From Bacteroidota bacterium (GTDB taxonomy: Bacteria; Bacteroidota; Bacteroidia; UKL13-3), in NCBI GenBank assembly GCA_037141455.1, contig JBAXCN010000006.1, positions 2,156 through 66,155 on the forward strand: a DNA stretch of 64,000 bases, read 5' to 3'. Below are positions 1 through 9,799 of this stretch, piece by piece. Within the stretch, counting starts at the first letter, position 1. Each line of letters begins with the position of its first letter. A model generated the notes under the pieces. The model did no database searches, was not told where the DNA came from, and saw only the letters and a list, made by a program, of their open reading frames with translations. Position numbers and translations under genes: made by a program.

Positions 1-655
1 GACCAATGAAAAAAGCCAATCGAATTACCCAAATTTCTAAACCAAAATGCAAAGCTAAAGCACTACAAACTCCACCAATTGCTTTGTTTTCTTTACTTCT
101 ATATAACTTATTTGGATTATTATTTTCGCGTTTATTTAATTTTCCGGCTAGTTCACCAGTAGCTTTAGGAATTACTATCCATAAAATTAAATAAATTAAT
201 AGTCCTGAACCAATTATAAAAAAGGCAAAAACAAAAGCAATTCTTACCAAGCTTGTATCTGTATTTAAGTAATTGGCTATACCACTACAAACACCTCCCA
301 AACTTTGGTTAAAAGGGTTTCTTCTTAATAATGGTTTTTCATTATTATTAAAATTGTTGTTTGTAAAATTGTTGCTATTTCCTGTTTCAATGTTATAACT
401 TTTTAAAAGTTCTTGAACAGAACCAATAGTGTTTAAAGCATTTGTAACATGGCTTTCGTTTACCACTTCAACGTTGGTTGCTGCCAATTGTAAAGTTAAT
501 AACTCGGCTAGCCTAGCTTCAATATCAAAAACAATATCCGAATCGTTTTTAAAACTATTTTTTAACTCAAACATGTATGCATTCAATTTTTCGTATGCAT
601 TATTATCTAATGTAAAAGTTGTTTTGTTTAAATTAATTTTTATTGATTGAATCAT
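1..655 (-). CDS. PspC domain-containing membrane protein (two PspC repeats), runs off the window start
   Basis: Not in the ORF track. Translated by hand from ATG 655: MIQSIKINLNKTTFTLDNNAYEKL...RRNPFNQSLGGVCSGIANY...IYRSKENKAIGGVCSALA. Directly follows the PadR gene, the usual arrangement. Confidence 0.88.
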   Translation of the reverse strand, partial: MIQSIKINLNKTTFTLDNNAYEKLNAYMFELKNSFKNDSDIVFDIEARLAELLTLQLAATNVEVVNESHVTNALNTIGSVQELLKSYNIETGNSNNFTNNNFNNNEKPLLRRNPFNQSLGGVCSGIANYLNTDTSLVRIAFVFAFFIIGSGLLIYLILWIVIPKATGELAGKLNKRENNNPNKLYRSKENKAIGGVCSALALHFGLEIWVIRLAFFIG

Positions 656-656
656 A

Positions 657-986
657 TTATTTTTTGTTTGTGATTGTATTTACTGAATTTACTAAATCTA
701 TCCACGATTGGTTTATTTCATTTAAAAACAGAACTCCATTTTTTGTAAGTTGATAATACTTTCTTGGCGGACCACTATTACTTTCAAACCAGTTATAAGT
801 TAATAAATCTTCGTTCTTTAAACGAGTAAGCAACGGATATAATGTTCCTTCAACAACTATTAAATTTGCTTTTTTTAAATCGTTAAGTATATCGCTGGCA
901 TAGGCTTCTCCCCTACTTATTATTGAAAGAATACATAATTCAAGTATTCCTTTTTTCATTTGAGCTTTGCTATTTTCTAAATCCAT
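657..986 (-). CDS. PadR family transcriptional regulator
   Basis: QMKKGILELCIL, EGTLYPLLTRL and SGPPRKYYQLT motifs. Confidence 0.95.
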   Translation of the reverse strand: MDLENSKAQMKKGILELCILSIISRGEAYASDILNDLKKANLIVVEGTLYPLLTRLKNEDLLTYNWFESNSGPPRKYYQLTKNGVLFLNEINQSWIDLVNSVNTITNKK

Positions 987-1002
987 TTTAAAATTTACTC
1001 AG

Positions 1003-1041
1003 CAAAATTATAAATATTTTAGTACTATGCAATACATAGTA
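1003..1041 (-). promoter_or_regulatory. -7 promoter element (TAATTTTG, 1003-1010) with upstream palindromic operator TACTATG-N5-CATAGTA (1023-1041); likely PadR autoregulation
   Basis: Exact TAnnTTTG match on the minus strand just upstream of the start codon, plus a perfect 7-bp inverted repeat. Confidence 0.65.
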
Positions 1042-1199
1042 TCATTTATTTTATAGGTTATAATTAAAATATTTACCGCTTAAACTATTTATTGATTTTA
1101 TTTTTTTAATTCAAAGCCATTAAAAAGAGATTATTTTTATGAAAATAGTTTTATAGTAACTTAGATATTATTAATTTGCCAAAACAAAAACGATAACAA

Positions 1200-2057
1200 A
1201 TGATATTAATAGCAGATAGTGGTTCAACGAAAACTGATTGGGTAATAATTAACAAAGATGGTTCAAATTTGATGATGTTTCATACCATTGGATACAATCC
1301 TTATTTTATTGATTCAGAAGCTATACACTATTCATTAAGTGAAAATCTTTTGAAAGATTTGGATGGAACAAGCATAACTGAAGTATATTTTTATGGAGCA
1401 GGTTGTTCTACACCAGAAAAAAAAGATATAGTTAGAAAAGCATTAAGTAGAAGTTTTCCTTCTGTTTCAAACATTTTTGTTGGACACGATTTATTGGCAT
1501 CGGCAAGAGCTTTATTAGGCAAACAAAAAGGTTTTGCAGCTATTTTAGGAACAGGAACAAATTCTTGCTTATACGATGGCTATGATGTATACCATAATAT
1601 TGATTCATTAGGTTATTTAATGGGCGATGAAGGAAGTGGAAGTTATATAGGAAAAAAGATTCTTCGCGATTTTATGCGTGGAAATTTACAGCCTGAATTA
1701 CAAGCCAGATTCAAAGAGCGTTTTCAAATAGAAGACAATGAACAAATATTTACAACTTTGTACAATACTCAGTTTCCAAATAGATATTTGGCTAGTTTTT
1801 GCAAATTTGCAGATGAGTATGTTACACATCCATATATTAGAAATAAAGTACGTGATGGTTTTAGAGATTTTTTTAAAAACTTAGTAATAAAATATCCTAA
1901 TTATAAAGAATATTCATTTAACTGCATAGGATCTGTTGGTTTTATTTTTAAAGATATTTTAGAAGAAGTAGCCTTAAGTTACGACATGAAAATTGGCAAA
2001 GTTATTAAATCGCCAATGGATGATTTGATTCAATACCACTTAGATGAAGCCAAATAA
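1200..2057 (+). CDS. BadF/BadG/BcrA/BcrD-type ATPase, N-acetylglucosamine kinase-like
   Basis: ILIADSGSTKTDW, ILGTGTNS and GDEGSG motifs. Confidence 0.88.
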   Translation: MILIADSGSTKTDWVIINKDGSNLMMFHTIGYNPYFIDSEAIHYSLSENLLKDLDGTSITEVYFYGAGCSTPEKKDIVRKALSRSFPSVSNIFVGHDLLASARALLGKQKGFAAILGTGTNSCLYDGYDVYHNIDSLGYLMGDEGSGSYIGKKILRDFMRGNLQPELQARFKERFQIEDNEQIFTTLYNTQFPNRYLASFCKFADEYVTHPYIRNKVRDGFRDFFKNLVIKYPNYKEYSFNCIGSVGFIFKDILEEVALSYDMKIGKVIKSPMDDLIQYHLDEAK

Positions 2058-2073
2058 TTGAATAGAAAATTAT

Positions 2074-2107
2074 AAAAAAAGCTGCAATGTTTATTGCAGC
2101 TTTTTTA
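2074..2107. terminator. Bidirectional intrinsic terminator
   Basis: aaaaaaaGCTGCAAT-gttt-ATTGCAGCttttttt between convergent genes. Confidence 0.85.
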
Positions 2108-2111
2108 GTAT

Positions 2112-2822
2112 TTAAAAGTTTGGTTTAATCGATTTTTCAGCAAAATAATCGAGAATATAATTTACTGCATCATCAGCGGTATCAACCAATTTAAACATAT
2201 CTAAATCGCTAATATTAACATTTCCTTCTTTGATTGCCATTGTGTTTTTAAGCCAATCTATTAAACCACCCCAAAAATCAGATCCAACTAAAACTATAGG
2301 AAATTGAGCTACTTTTTTAGTTTGAATCAATGTTAATGCTTCAAAAAGTTCATCCATGGTTCCAAAACCTCCGGGCATTGCAACAAAACCTTGTGCATAT
2401 TTCATAAACATTACTTTACGTACAAAGAAATAATCAAAATTTATTATCTTGTCTCTGTCTACATATTTATTATTAAAATGTTCAAATGGCAATTCTATAT
2501 TTAATCCAACCGACTTTCCACCTGCTTCGTAAGCGCCTTTATTTCCCGCTTCCATAATTCCAGGACCTCCTCCAGTAATAACTCCAAACCCAGCAGCTAC
2601 TAACTTTGCTGCAATTTCCTCGGCCAGTATATAATATTTATTGTCTGCTTTAGTTCTAGCAGAGCCAAAAATAGAAACACAAGGCCCTATCCTACTCATT
2701 TTTTCAAAACCTTCTACAAACTCGGCCATTATTTTAAAAGTTGCCCAGCTATCGGTGGTTTTAATTACAGGCCATTCTTTTTTTTCAAAAGCTTTTGCAA
2801 TTCTTTCCTCGTTTTCTAGCAT
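2112..2822 (-). CDS. LOG family (TIGR00730) nucleotide phosphoribohydrolase
   Basis: FGSART, TGGGPGIMEA and PGGFGTMDE motifs. Confidence 0.93.
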   Translation of the reverse strand: MLENEERIAKAFEKKEWPVIKTTDSWATFKIMAEFVEGFEKMSRIGPCVSIFGSARTKADNKYYILAEEIAAKLVAAGFGVITGGGPGIMEAGNKGAYEAGGKSVGLNIELPFEHFNNKYVDRDKIINFDYFFVRKVMFMKYAQGFVAMPGGFGTMDELFEALTLIQTKKVAQFPIVLVGSDFWGGLIDWLKNTMAIKEGNVNISDLDMFKLVDTADDAVNYILDYFAEKSIKPNF

Positions 2823-2829
2823 TAATTTT

Positions 2830-3285
2830 TTAATTAAATATTTCTTTCAAAATAAATTGAATTGTTTTTCCATCAGCTTTTCCAGCCAAAGTTTTCATTG
2901 CTATTGGCATTACTTTTCCTACTTCTGCTGCACTAGTTGCTCCAACTTCAGTTATAATTTGTTTTAATATTTCTTTTACTTCCGCTTCGCTCATTTGTTT
3001 TGGTAAGTATTTTTCCAAAACTGATAATTCCTCCTTCTCTTTTTCGGCTAACTCTGCTCTACCGTTTTGTAAAAAAATATCTATACTTTCTTTGCGTTGC
3101 TTTGCTAATTTTTGAAATGTTTTTAAAGCTACGTCATCTGTTATCTTACCATCAGCACTAGCTCCTTTTTCGCTTGCAGCAATTAATAAAGCACTTTTTA
3201 CTGCACGTAAAGTGCGTAAAGTTATTTCATCTTTTGCCTTCATGGCAATAATTATATCGGTATTAACTTGTTCTTGTAAACTCAT
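2830..3285 (-). CDS. GatB/YqeY domain protein (probable start MSLQ at 3285)
   Basis: AMKAKD..TLR, KQRKESI..F...GR.ELA.KE and YLPKQMS motifs. Confidence 0.92.
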   Translation of the reverse strand: MSLQEQVNTDIIIAMKAKDEITLRTLRAVKSALLIAASEKGASADGKITDDVALKTFQKLAKQRKESIDIFLQNGRAELAEKEKEELSVLEKYLPKQMSEAEVKEILKQIITEVGATSAAEVGKVMPIAMKTLAGKADGKTIQFILKEIFN

Positions 3286-3418
3286 TTTATATTTTTTAAA
3301 GTACGAATATAATTTATATTTACCTTTGACCAAAAGGTTTTATTGTTAATAAATTGAAGTATGTTGGATTGGTTTTACTGCTTTTTTATTGAACCAATCT
3401 AATTTAAAAGTAGCAAAA

Positions 3419-3452
3419 AAAAGGTTGTTTCAAAATAAATGAAACAACCTTT
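3419..3452 (-). terminator. Intrinsic terminator after the cyclophilin gene
   Basis: aaaaAGGTTGTTTCA...TGAAACAACCTtt hairpin. Confidence 0.75.
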
Positions 3453-3473
3453 GTATGTTTAGTTAAAAAGAAA

Positions 3474-3911
3474 TTATTCTTCAATAACCACCACCTTATT
3501 CATCACATCTCCTTGGCGAATGGCATCAATTACTTCTAAGCCTTCCACTACTTTTCCAAAACAAGTATGGTTTCTGTCTAAGTGAGCAGTATTGTTTCTG
3601 CTATGGCAAATAAAGAATTGCGAACCACCCGTGTTTCTTCCAGCATGTGCCATTGAAAGCACACCTTTATCGTGGTATTGGTTTTCGCCTGTTAACTCAC
3701 AATCAATTTTGTAACCTGGACCGCCTGCGCCTGTTCCTGTAGGGTCGCCACCTTGAATTACAAAATCAGGAATTACTCTATGGAAAGTAACCCCATTATA
3801 ATAACCTTGTTCGGCTAACTTTAAAAAATTTGCTACTGTGTTTGGAGCATCTTGCTCAAAAAACTCAATTTTCATTACACCTTTATCGGTGTGTATTTCT
3901 ACTTTTTTCAT
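3474..3911 (-). CDS. Cyclophilin-type peptidyl-prolyl cis-trans isomerase
   Basis: [15 protein letters not shown] and [16 protein letters not shown] motifs. Confidence 0.96.
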   Translation of the reverse strand: MKKVEIHTDKGVMKIEFFEQDAPNTVANFLKLAEQGYYNGVTFHRVIPDFVIQGGDPTGTGAGGPGYKIDCELTGENQYHDKGVLSMAHAGRNTGGSQFFICHSRNNTAHLDRNHTCFGKVVEGLEVIDAIRQGDVMNKVVVIEE

Positions 3912-3921
3912 ACTTTTTTAT

Positions 3922-4022
3922 GCTTCTAGCCGCTGGCTTCTGACCTTTAGCTACTTTATTGTTATTTTTTTTAATGTTAAATTCAATGTTTTGCTGGCAG
4001 CCAGAGGCTAGTTGCTAGCAGC
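3922..4022. repeat. Inverted heptamer arrays (GCTTCTA/GCCGCTG/GCTTCTG ... GCCAGAG/GCTAGTT/GCTAGCA) around an AT-rich spacer
   Basis: 7-nt periodicity read directly; a similar element lies at 52336-52440. Confidence 0.7.
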
Positions 4023-4026
4023 TTTT

Positions 4027-5145
4027 TTAAAATCCAAATATTTCTTTCAATTTAGCTTCTAATGCCGCTCCTCTTAGTTTAGTTGCTATAATTTTTCCTT
4101 CTTTATCAATTAAAACTGTATGTGGAATTGATTCGAAGTTATATGTTTTTAAAAGAGGCGTGTTCCATTGCAATAAATCGCTTACATGGTACCAAGTTAA
4201 TTTATCTGCGTTAATTGCATTCATCCATTTTTCTCTGTTATTATCCAAGCTCACCCCTAAAATATCAAAGCCTTTATCGTGGTATTTATTATAAATGGCT
4301 ACTACATTCGGATTTTCTTTTCTGCACGGGCCGCACCAACTAGCCCAAAAATCTATCATAACTACTTTACCTTTTAGGCTACTTAAAGCAAACTCTTTTC
4401 CATAAATATCATTTAATTTTATTTCGGGAGCTTGACTTCCAATTGCAGTTGCAGCCATATTTAAAACCCTATTATGCAATACTTTGGCATACTTTGAGTT
4501 TTGGTTCGATGCATATAGTTTTTTATCTATTGTATTTAAGAACGAAAATTCTGCCTCGGGCATCATAAAGTTGGTTGCAAAAAATGGAACAATATTATTC
4601 ATTTTGTCAATTGCCGATTTCAATTGAATTTCGTTGTTTCTTGTTATACTGTCAAACTCATTTCTTATTTTGTCTTGGTCAGCAGGTGATGGCATGTTAT
4701 TACCATAAATTGCAGCATACTTTTGTTCTAATGCCCTTACTTTTTCAGTACTTTTTGAATTTATAGACATTAATAATTTAATGTCATTGCTTTCAGCTGA
4801 ATTTTTAACAGTGTAATTACTAATATTTTCTGCATCAATCTCTACATCAATGGCACTATTTATGTCCACAGTTAGTATTATATCACCTTTAGGTAATCGT
4901 ATAATACAAAAAGTTTTTTCTTTAACAGTTCCATTTAATTCAAATGTACCATCGCTTAAAATAGTAGAACTATCAAGCAACAAAAGACCAGTATTTGTGA
5001 TTTCTTGTACATTGATTCCTCCTTTTGCATTTTTAATAATCCCGGTAATCGTAAATCCCGATTTATTTGTTCCTTTATCTTTGTTAATGGAATTTCCGCA
5101 AGCCAAAATGCTGCTTATTAAAAGTATAAATATTATGTTTTTCAT
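4027..5145 (-). CDS. TlpA/AhpC-TSA family thiol-disulfide oxidoreductase lipoprotein (DUF4369-like N-terminus)
   Basis: Lipobox LAC; DFWASWCGPCRKENP. Confidence 0.92.
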   Translation of the reverse strand: MKNIIFILLISSILACGNSINKDKGTNKSGFTITGIIKNAKGGINVQEITNTGLLLLDSSTILSDGTFELNGTVKEKTFCIIRLPKGDIILTVDINSAIDVEIDAENISNYTVKNSAESNDIKLLMSINSKSTEKVRALEQKYAAIYGNNMPSPADQDKIRNEFDSITRNNEIQLKSAIDKMNNIVPFFATNFMMPEAEFSFLNTIDKKLYASNQNSKYAKVLHNRVLNMAATAIGSQAPEIKLNDIYGKEFALSSLKGKVVMIDFWASWCGPCRKENPNVVAIYNKYHDKGFDILGVSLDNNREKWMNAINADKLTWYHVSDLLQWNTPLLKTYNFESIPHTVLIDKEGKIIATKLRGAALEAKLKEIFGF

Positions 5146-5146
5146 A

Positions 5147-6604
5147 TTATTGTTTATCTAGTGTTTCTTTTACTAATTTATTTGTAATTTTTGGATCGGC
5201 TTTACCTTTGCTTAATTTCATTACATCGCCCATAAACATTCCTAATAAGCTTTGTTTTCCTGCTTTGTATTCTGCAACTTTTATTGGATTATTTGCAATT
5301 ACTTCGTCAATCCATTTTTGCAATTCGTTGCTATCGCTTTCTTGCACTAAATTTAATGTTAAAGCAATGCTTTCTGCAGTTGAATTTGGGTTTTCAATTA
5401 AGCTAGAAAATACTTTTTGGGCTGCACTATTACTTACTTTTCCTGAGTCAATTAAGTGTATAATTTCAGCAATTTGATTTGGATTTAATACAAATTCTTC
5501 AATAGTTAATGCCTGTTCATTTAAATATGCTTTCACCGAAGTCATAATCCAATTGGCTGCTGCTTTGGTATTTTTAGTATAATTTAAAACTTGTTCAAAG
5601 TAACTAGCAATTTCTTTGCTTTCTATCAATACATTGGCATCGTATTCATTTAATCCAAACTGTTTGGTATATTTTTCAAACAATGCTTTTGGCAATTGCG
5701 GCATTTGTTGTTTTACATCGTCAATAAATGCTTGGGTAACTCGCAAAGGTGGCAAATCGGGCTCAGGAAAATACCTGTAATCGGCTGCACCTTCTTTGCT
5801 TCTAAGTGTAAATGTAGTTCCTTTTTGAGCATCGAAAGAGCGTGTTTCCATTACGATATTATTGCCTGCTTCTATGGCATCAATTTGGCGTTTTACTTCG
5901 TAATCAATTGCTTTTTGAACATTTCTAAAAGAGTTCATGTTTTTTACTTCCACTTTGGTTCCAAAAACTTTGCTTCCTTTTAGCATTACCGAAATATTTG
6001 CATCGCACCTTAAACTTCCTTCTTCCATGTTTCCATCGCAAATATCTAAATACTTTACCAATTGCTTTATTTCAATTAAATACTGATAGGCCTCTTCCCC
6101 ATTTTTCATATCGGGTTCCGAAACTATTTCTATTAAAGGAACTCCTGCTCTATTTAAATCAATTAAAGTATTGTATACATCTTGGTCGTGCATGCTTTTA
6201 CCTGCATCTTCCTCCATATGAATTCTAGTAATTCCTATTCGCTTAGGTTCTTTGTCTTTTAGTTTTATTTCAATAAATCCATTGATACAAATAGGAGTTT
6301 TGTCTTGGGTAATTTGATATCCTTTTGGTAAATCGGCATAAAAGTAATTTTTCCTTGCATAATGTTGCCATTCGGCAATGGTACAATTACAAGCAATACC
6401 CATTTTTACAGCGTATTTTACTACTTCTATATTGTGTTTTGGTAGTGTTCCTGGATGGCCTAAACTTATTGGACTTACTTGAGTATTAGGCATTGCACCA
6501 TATTCATATTCATCGGCACAGTATGCTTTTGTTTTAGTTAGCATTTGTGTATGAACTTCTAATCCTATTACTGTTTCGTATTTATCGTATATTGATTCGC
6601 TCAT
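5147..6604 (-). CDS. gatB: Asp/Glu-tRNA amidotransferase subunit B
   Basis: VIGLEVH, RKNYFYADLPKGYQITQ, EEGSLRCDAN and YRYFPEPDLP motifs. Confidence 0.98.
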   Translation of the reverse strand: MSESIYDKYETVIGLEVHTQMLTKTKAYCADEYEYGAMPNTQVSPISLGHPGTLPKHNIEVVKYAVKMGIACNCTIAEWQHYARKNYFYADLPKGYQITQDKTPICINGFIEIKLKDKEPKRIGITRIHMEEDAGKSMHDQDVYNTLIDLNRAGVPLIEIVSEPDMKNGEEAYQYLIEIKQLVKYLDICDGNMEEGSLRCDANISVMLKGSKVFGTKVEVKNMNSFRNVQKAIDYEVKRQIDAIEAGNNIVMETRSFDAQKGTTFTLRSKEGAADYRYFPEPDLPPLRVTQAFIDDVKQQMPQLPKALFEKYTKQFGLNEYDANVLIESKEIASYFEQVLNYTKNTKAAANWIMTSVKAYLNEQALTIEEFVLNPNQIAEIIHLIDSGKVSNSAAQKVFSSLIENPNSTAESIALTLNLVQESDSNELQKWIDEVIANNPIKVAEYKAGKQSLLGMFMGDVMKLSKGKADPKITNKLVKETLDKQ

Positions 6605-6659
6605 TTTTAAGTTTTGCGAAAATAAGTAATTTATGTTTAAATTATGATTGATTATTTTA

Positions 6660-6988
6660 CAAAAAGTGCGTTTTTTTATTCTTTGAACTAGTAATGCTTA
6701 CTATCGCATCGTTTTGTAATATTGCTTTTCCATAATATTGGAACAAGCAGGCAGTTTGTATTTGTTTTTATACTTCTTACTAATGGAACAAATCGTTTTG
6801 AACCTGTTAAAATGATTAAGCAAATACTAATCGCTGTTAGCTTTTGTCAGTGCAATAATAACAACAATATGAAAAGCATTTAAATGATTACTTAATTCTT
6901 CTTTAAATGTCAGTTTAAAAATACAATCTTCCTTATTGGTAGTTTGTAGATTAATTTTCTTGTTAAATAATAAATCTTGTACTGTCAT
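6660..6988 (-). pseudogene. Degraded hotdog-fold thioesterase (PaaI/DUF4442-like) gene
   Basis: ATG 6988 gives MTVQDLLFNKKINL...ELSNHLNAFH...ALTKANSD*, TAG at 6827-6829, continuing YLLNHF and, in a shifted frame, FVPLVRS then KYKLP. Confidence 0.5.
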
Positions 6989-7075
6989 TTAATTTTTTTT
7001 ACCATTACTTATTCAAATTTCTTCCAATTACGTTCCTGTAAAATGCCGATAGAGTAGCTGTTATAGTTTAATTCT

Positions 7076-7906
7076 TTAAACTATTACAGAAACCGTATCG
7101 GTATTTGTAGCTAAAATGCTATAAACCATTGGGATTTTATCATCAAAATGTTTAATTCTGAATTTCCCAGGTTCAAATTCATTACAATTTGCAAAACAAT
7201 TATAGGGCGAATAATCAAATTCGTTGAATTGATTAATAGTTAATCCGTTATTTATTAAAGCATTTATCACTTCGCTTAAGCCATAGTTCCATGAAATACT
7301 TTTGTCTTTGATGGGTGCATTTACATTGGCATAAGTACCCGAAGTTTCTTCAATAATGGGTTTGTCTTTAAAATATTTATAAGTAATATTTTCTAAATTG
7401 TCATCATACATCCATATTACAGGATGAAACTCGGCAAAAACAAATTTACCATTAGGTTTTAAAAAATGTGAAACTACATTTGCCCATTTTTCAATACTTG
7501 GAAGCCATCCAATATTGCCATAACTGGTAAAAACAATATCGAATTTTTGATTTAATATTTGGGGTAATGAATATAAATCGCAGTTTATAAAAACTACATC
7601 TGTATTCATTTTTATATTTAAATTATTGGCTGTTTCAATTGCTTTTTCCGAAAAATCAACAGCTGTAACTTGTGCACCCATCTTTGACAATGAAATAGAA
7701 TCTTGTCCAAAATGGCATTGTAAATGCAAAACACTTTTACCTTCAATATTGCCCAATAAATTAAGTTCAATGCTATTTAAGGAAGTATTTCCTTTTAAAA
7801 AGTCATCCATTTTGTAGAAATCAGATGCTACATGATGATTTACTTTATTGTTCCAAAGCTTTTTATTAATTTCCAAGTATTGATTTTCGTCTGTCATAAA
7901 ATTCAA
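7076..7906 (-). CDS. Class I SAM-dependent methyltransferase
   Basis: VLHLQCHFGQD, VDFS and FDIVFTSYG motifs. Confidence 0.92.
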   Translation of the reverse strand: MNFMTDENQYLEINKKLWNNKVNHHVASDFYKMDDFLKGNTSLNSIELNLLGNIEGKSVLHLQCHFGQDSISLSKMGAQVTAVDFSEKAIETANNLNIKMNTDVVFINCDLYSLPQILNQKFDIVFTSYGNIGWLPSIEKWANVVSHFLKPNGKFVFAEFHPVIWMYDDNLENITYKYFKDKPIIEETSGTYANVNAPIKDKSISWNYGLSEVINALINNGLTINQFNEFDYSPYNCFANCNEFEPGKFRIKHFDDKIPMVYSILATNTDTVSVIV

Positions 7907-8015
7907 ATGTTAAGCAACATTACAAATATTATTTAGTATACAAATTAAAAAAAATGTGGAATTTTTAAATTACAGTTAACTTTACTTACTGTTAATATTG
8001 TTAAAATAAAACTAC

Positions 8016-9008
8016 ATGCTCAACTGGTCAATAAATCAAATAGAATTAAAACTAAAATACACTTGGAAAATTTCGAGGAATGCTTCCGATTTTAAAATAA
8101 ATTCAATTATTACTTGTAACGATTTGATAAATGAAGGCAAAGGAGAAGCTGCACCAAATATAAGGTACAATGAAACTCCCGAATTATTGTTGTTGAGCTT
8201 TAACGACTTTTTAAATGCAGGTGCTAACTCTATTAAAAATGCCGATGATTTATCTAACATTTTAAAAAATATAAATGCGCCAAACGCTTTGCGATTTGGA
8301 ATAGAACAGGCTTATATTAATTATTTATGTAAAACCAAAAACGAAACTATTTATCAATTTTTAAAAATAGAAAGGCCTTTAACAACTCACACTTGTTATA
8401 CTTTGCCTATCATGCAACCCGCTGATATAGTTGCATTTTTTAACGAAAACAACTTAAACCGCTTTGCCTATTTAAAAATAAAAATAAGTGCGGATGGTGC
8501 TTTAGATGAAATAAAAGCGTTGGCTTCAATTTATAATAAACCAATAATGGTTGATGCAAATGAAGCATGGAAAGACCCTGATGCTTTGATTAATTTCGCT
8601 GATAATTTAAAAGGATTGAACATTGCATTTATTGAACAACCCATGCATAGCCTTATGGTTGATGAATATAAATATGTAAAACCAAGAATTGCTTTGCCTT
8701 TAATGGCCGATGAAAGCTTTTGTGCGCATGTTGATTTTAATGAAACAAAACTACAATTTGATGCAGTAAACATGAAACTAATGAAGGCTGGAGGCTTTTT
8801 AAACGGATTGCGGTTAATACACGAAGCCAAAAGAAATGGCTTAAAAACAATGGTGGGTTGTATGGTAGAAACTACACTTGGAATGAGTGGTGCTTATGCC
8901 TTTTCGGGCATGTGTAATTATGTAGATTTAGATGGTTTTATGATTATAGAAAATGAACCTTTTGGTTATTTAAGGGAAGAAAATGGATTAGTTAAAGAGA
9001 GTATTTAG
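8016..9008 (+). CDS. Enolase-superfamily dipeptide (L-Ala-D/L-Glu) epimerase-like protein
   Basis: KIK, VDANEAW, IEQP, ADES, NMKLMKAGG and DLDG motifs. Confidence 0.88.
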   Translation: MLNWSINQIELKLKYTWKISRNASDFKINSIITCNDLINEGKGEAAPNIRYNETPELLLLSFNDFLNAGANSIKNADDLSNILKNINAPNALRFGIEQAYINYLCKTKNETIYQFLKIERPLTTHTCYTLPIMQPADIVAFFNENNLNRFAYLKIKISADGALDEIKALASIYNKPIMVDANEAWKDPDALINFADNLKGLNIAFIEQPMHSLMVDEYKYVKPRIALPLMADESFCAHVDFNETKLQFDAVNMKLMKAGGFLNGLRLIHEAKRNGLKTMVGCMVETTLGMSGAYAFSGMCNYVDLDGFMIIENEPFGYLREENGLVKESI

Positions 9009-9199
9009 TCGCCCCTTCAAATATTATATAAAGAATAACAAAATCAACAAATTTGGTAAAAAAATGGTGTATAAAATACTGCAAGAAATGAGCTAAAAAC
9101 AAAAGAATACTTGCAGAATTTTTAATGTTTACAATTATTTTATTTAAATTTTTATTAAACTAAAATAGAAATTGTAATGACCACTATTCCATTAGCTAA

Positions 9200-9342
9200 G
9201 TGCGTGGGGTCGGCAAAAAGGCGGGCCAGCCCTGGCCTAGTGCGTGGAAGCTTTTTTTTGCCTTGTCCCGCTTTGCGGGATTGTTTCTTTGGAATTTATG
9301 CTGAGCGAAGCCGAAGTATCTAAGGAAAAAGAAAGAAGAAAA
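9200..9342. repeat. GC-rich REP/MITE-like intergenic patch
   Basis: Hairpin TCCCGCtttGCGGGA, GGCCAGccCTGGCC and TGCTGAGCGAAGCCGAAGTA in an AT-rich background. Confidence 0.55.
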
Positions 9343-9395
9343 ATTGAAGATGACTTTTTGAGGGTCGACTATTTAAGTTTTAAATTGAGTAATTT

Positions 9396-9797
9396 TTATA
9401 AAAATCTTTCTTTATTTTCATTAGTCATTACCCAACAAGTATTATTTACTCCAAATACTTTATAGCGGTATTTGGCAATAATATTATATATAAAGTTGGT
9501 GAAAAATAAAGGTAAGAAACTAAAAAATGAACCCAATTTAAAAGGCATTTTTAAATGCTTTAAAATAATAAATGCTGCTTTTGATTGAATATAAAACTGA
9601 TTGTTTTGAAACACAATTACACTATCAATTCCAATGGTATTAAAATTATTTTCTTTAAAAAAATGAGTGGCAAAATTGCTTTGTAAGCTACAAAATAAAA
9701 AAGTTGGTTCAGTTTCGTTTTTTAATACAAACTGAACAAAACCATTACAAAGATTACAATTACCATCGAAAAAAATAATTGATTCTTTATTTGACAT
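9396..9797 (-). CDS. DCC family thiol-disulfide oxidoreductase (DUF393)
   Basis: IIFFDGNCNLCNG and YNIIAKYRYKVFG...C motifs. Confidence 0.92.
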   Translation of the reverse strand: MSNKESIIFFDGNCNLCNGFVQFVLKNETEPTFLFCSLQSNFATHFFKENNFNTIGIDSVIVFQNNQFYIQSKAAFIILKHLKMPFKLGSFFSFLPLFFTNFIYNIIAKYRYKVFGVNNTCWVMTNENKERFL

Positions 9798-9799
9798 AC

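Noticed and set aside
9244-9465. 73-aa plus-strand ORF
   Set aside because: It lies over a REP-like patch and overlaps the convergent DCC gene.
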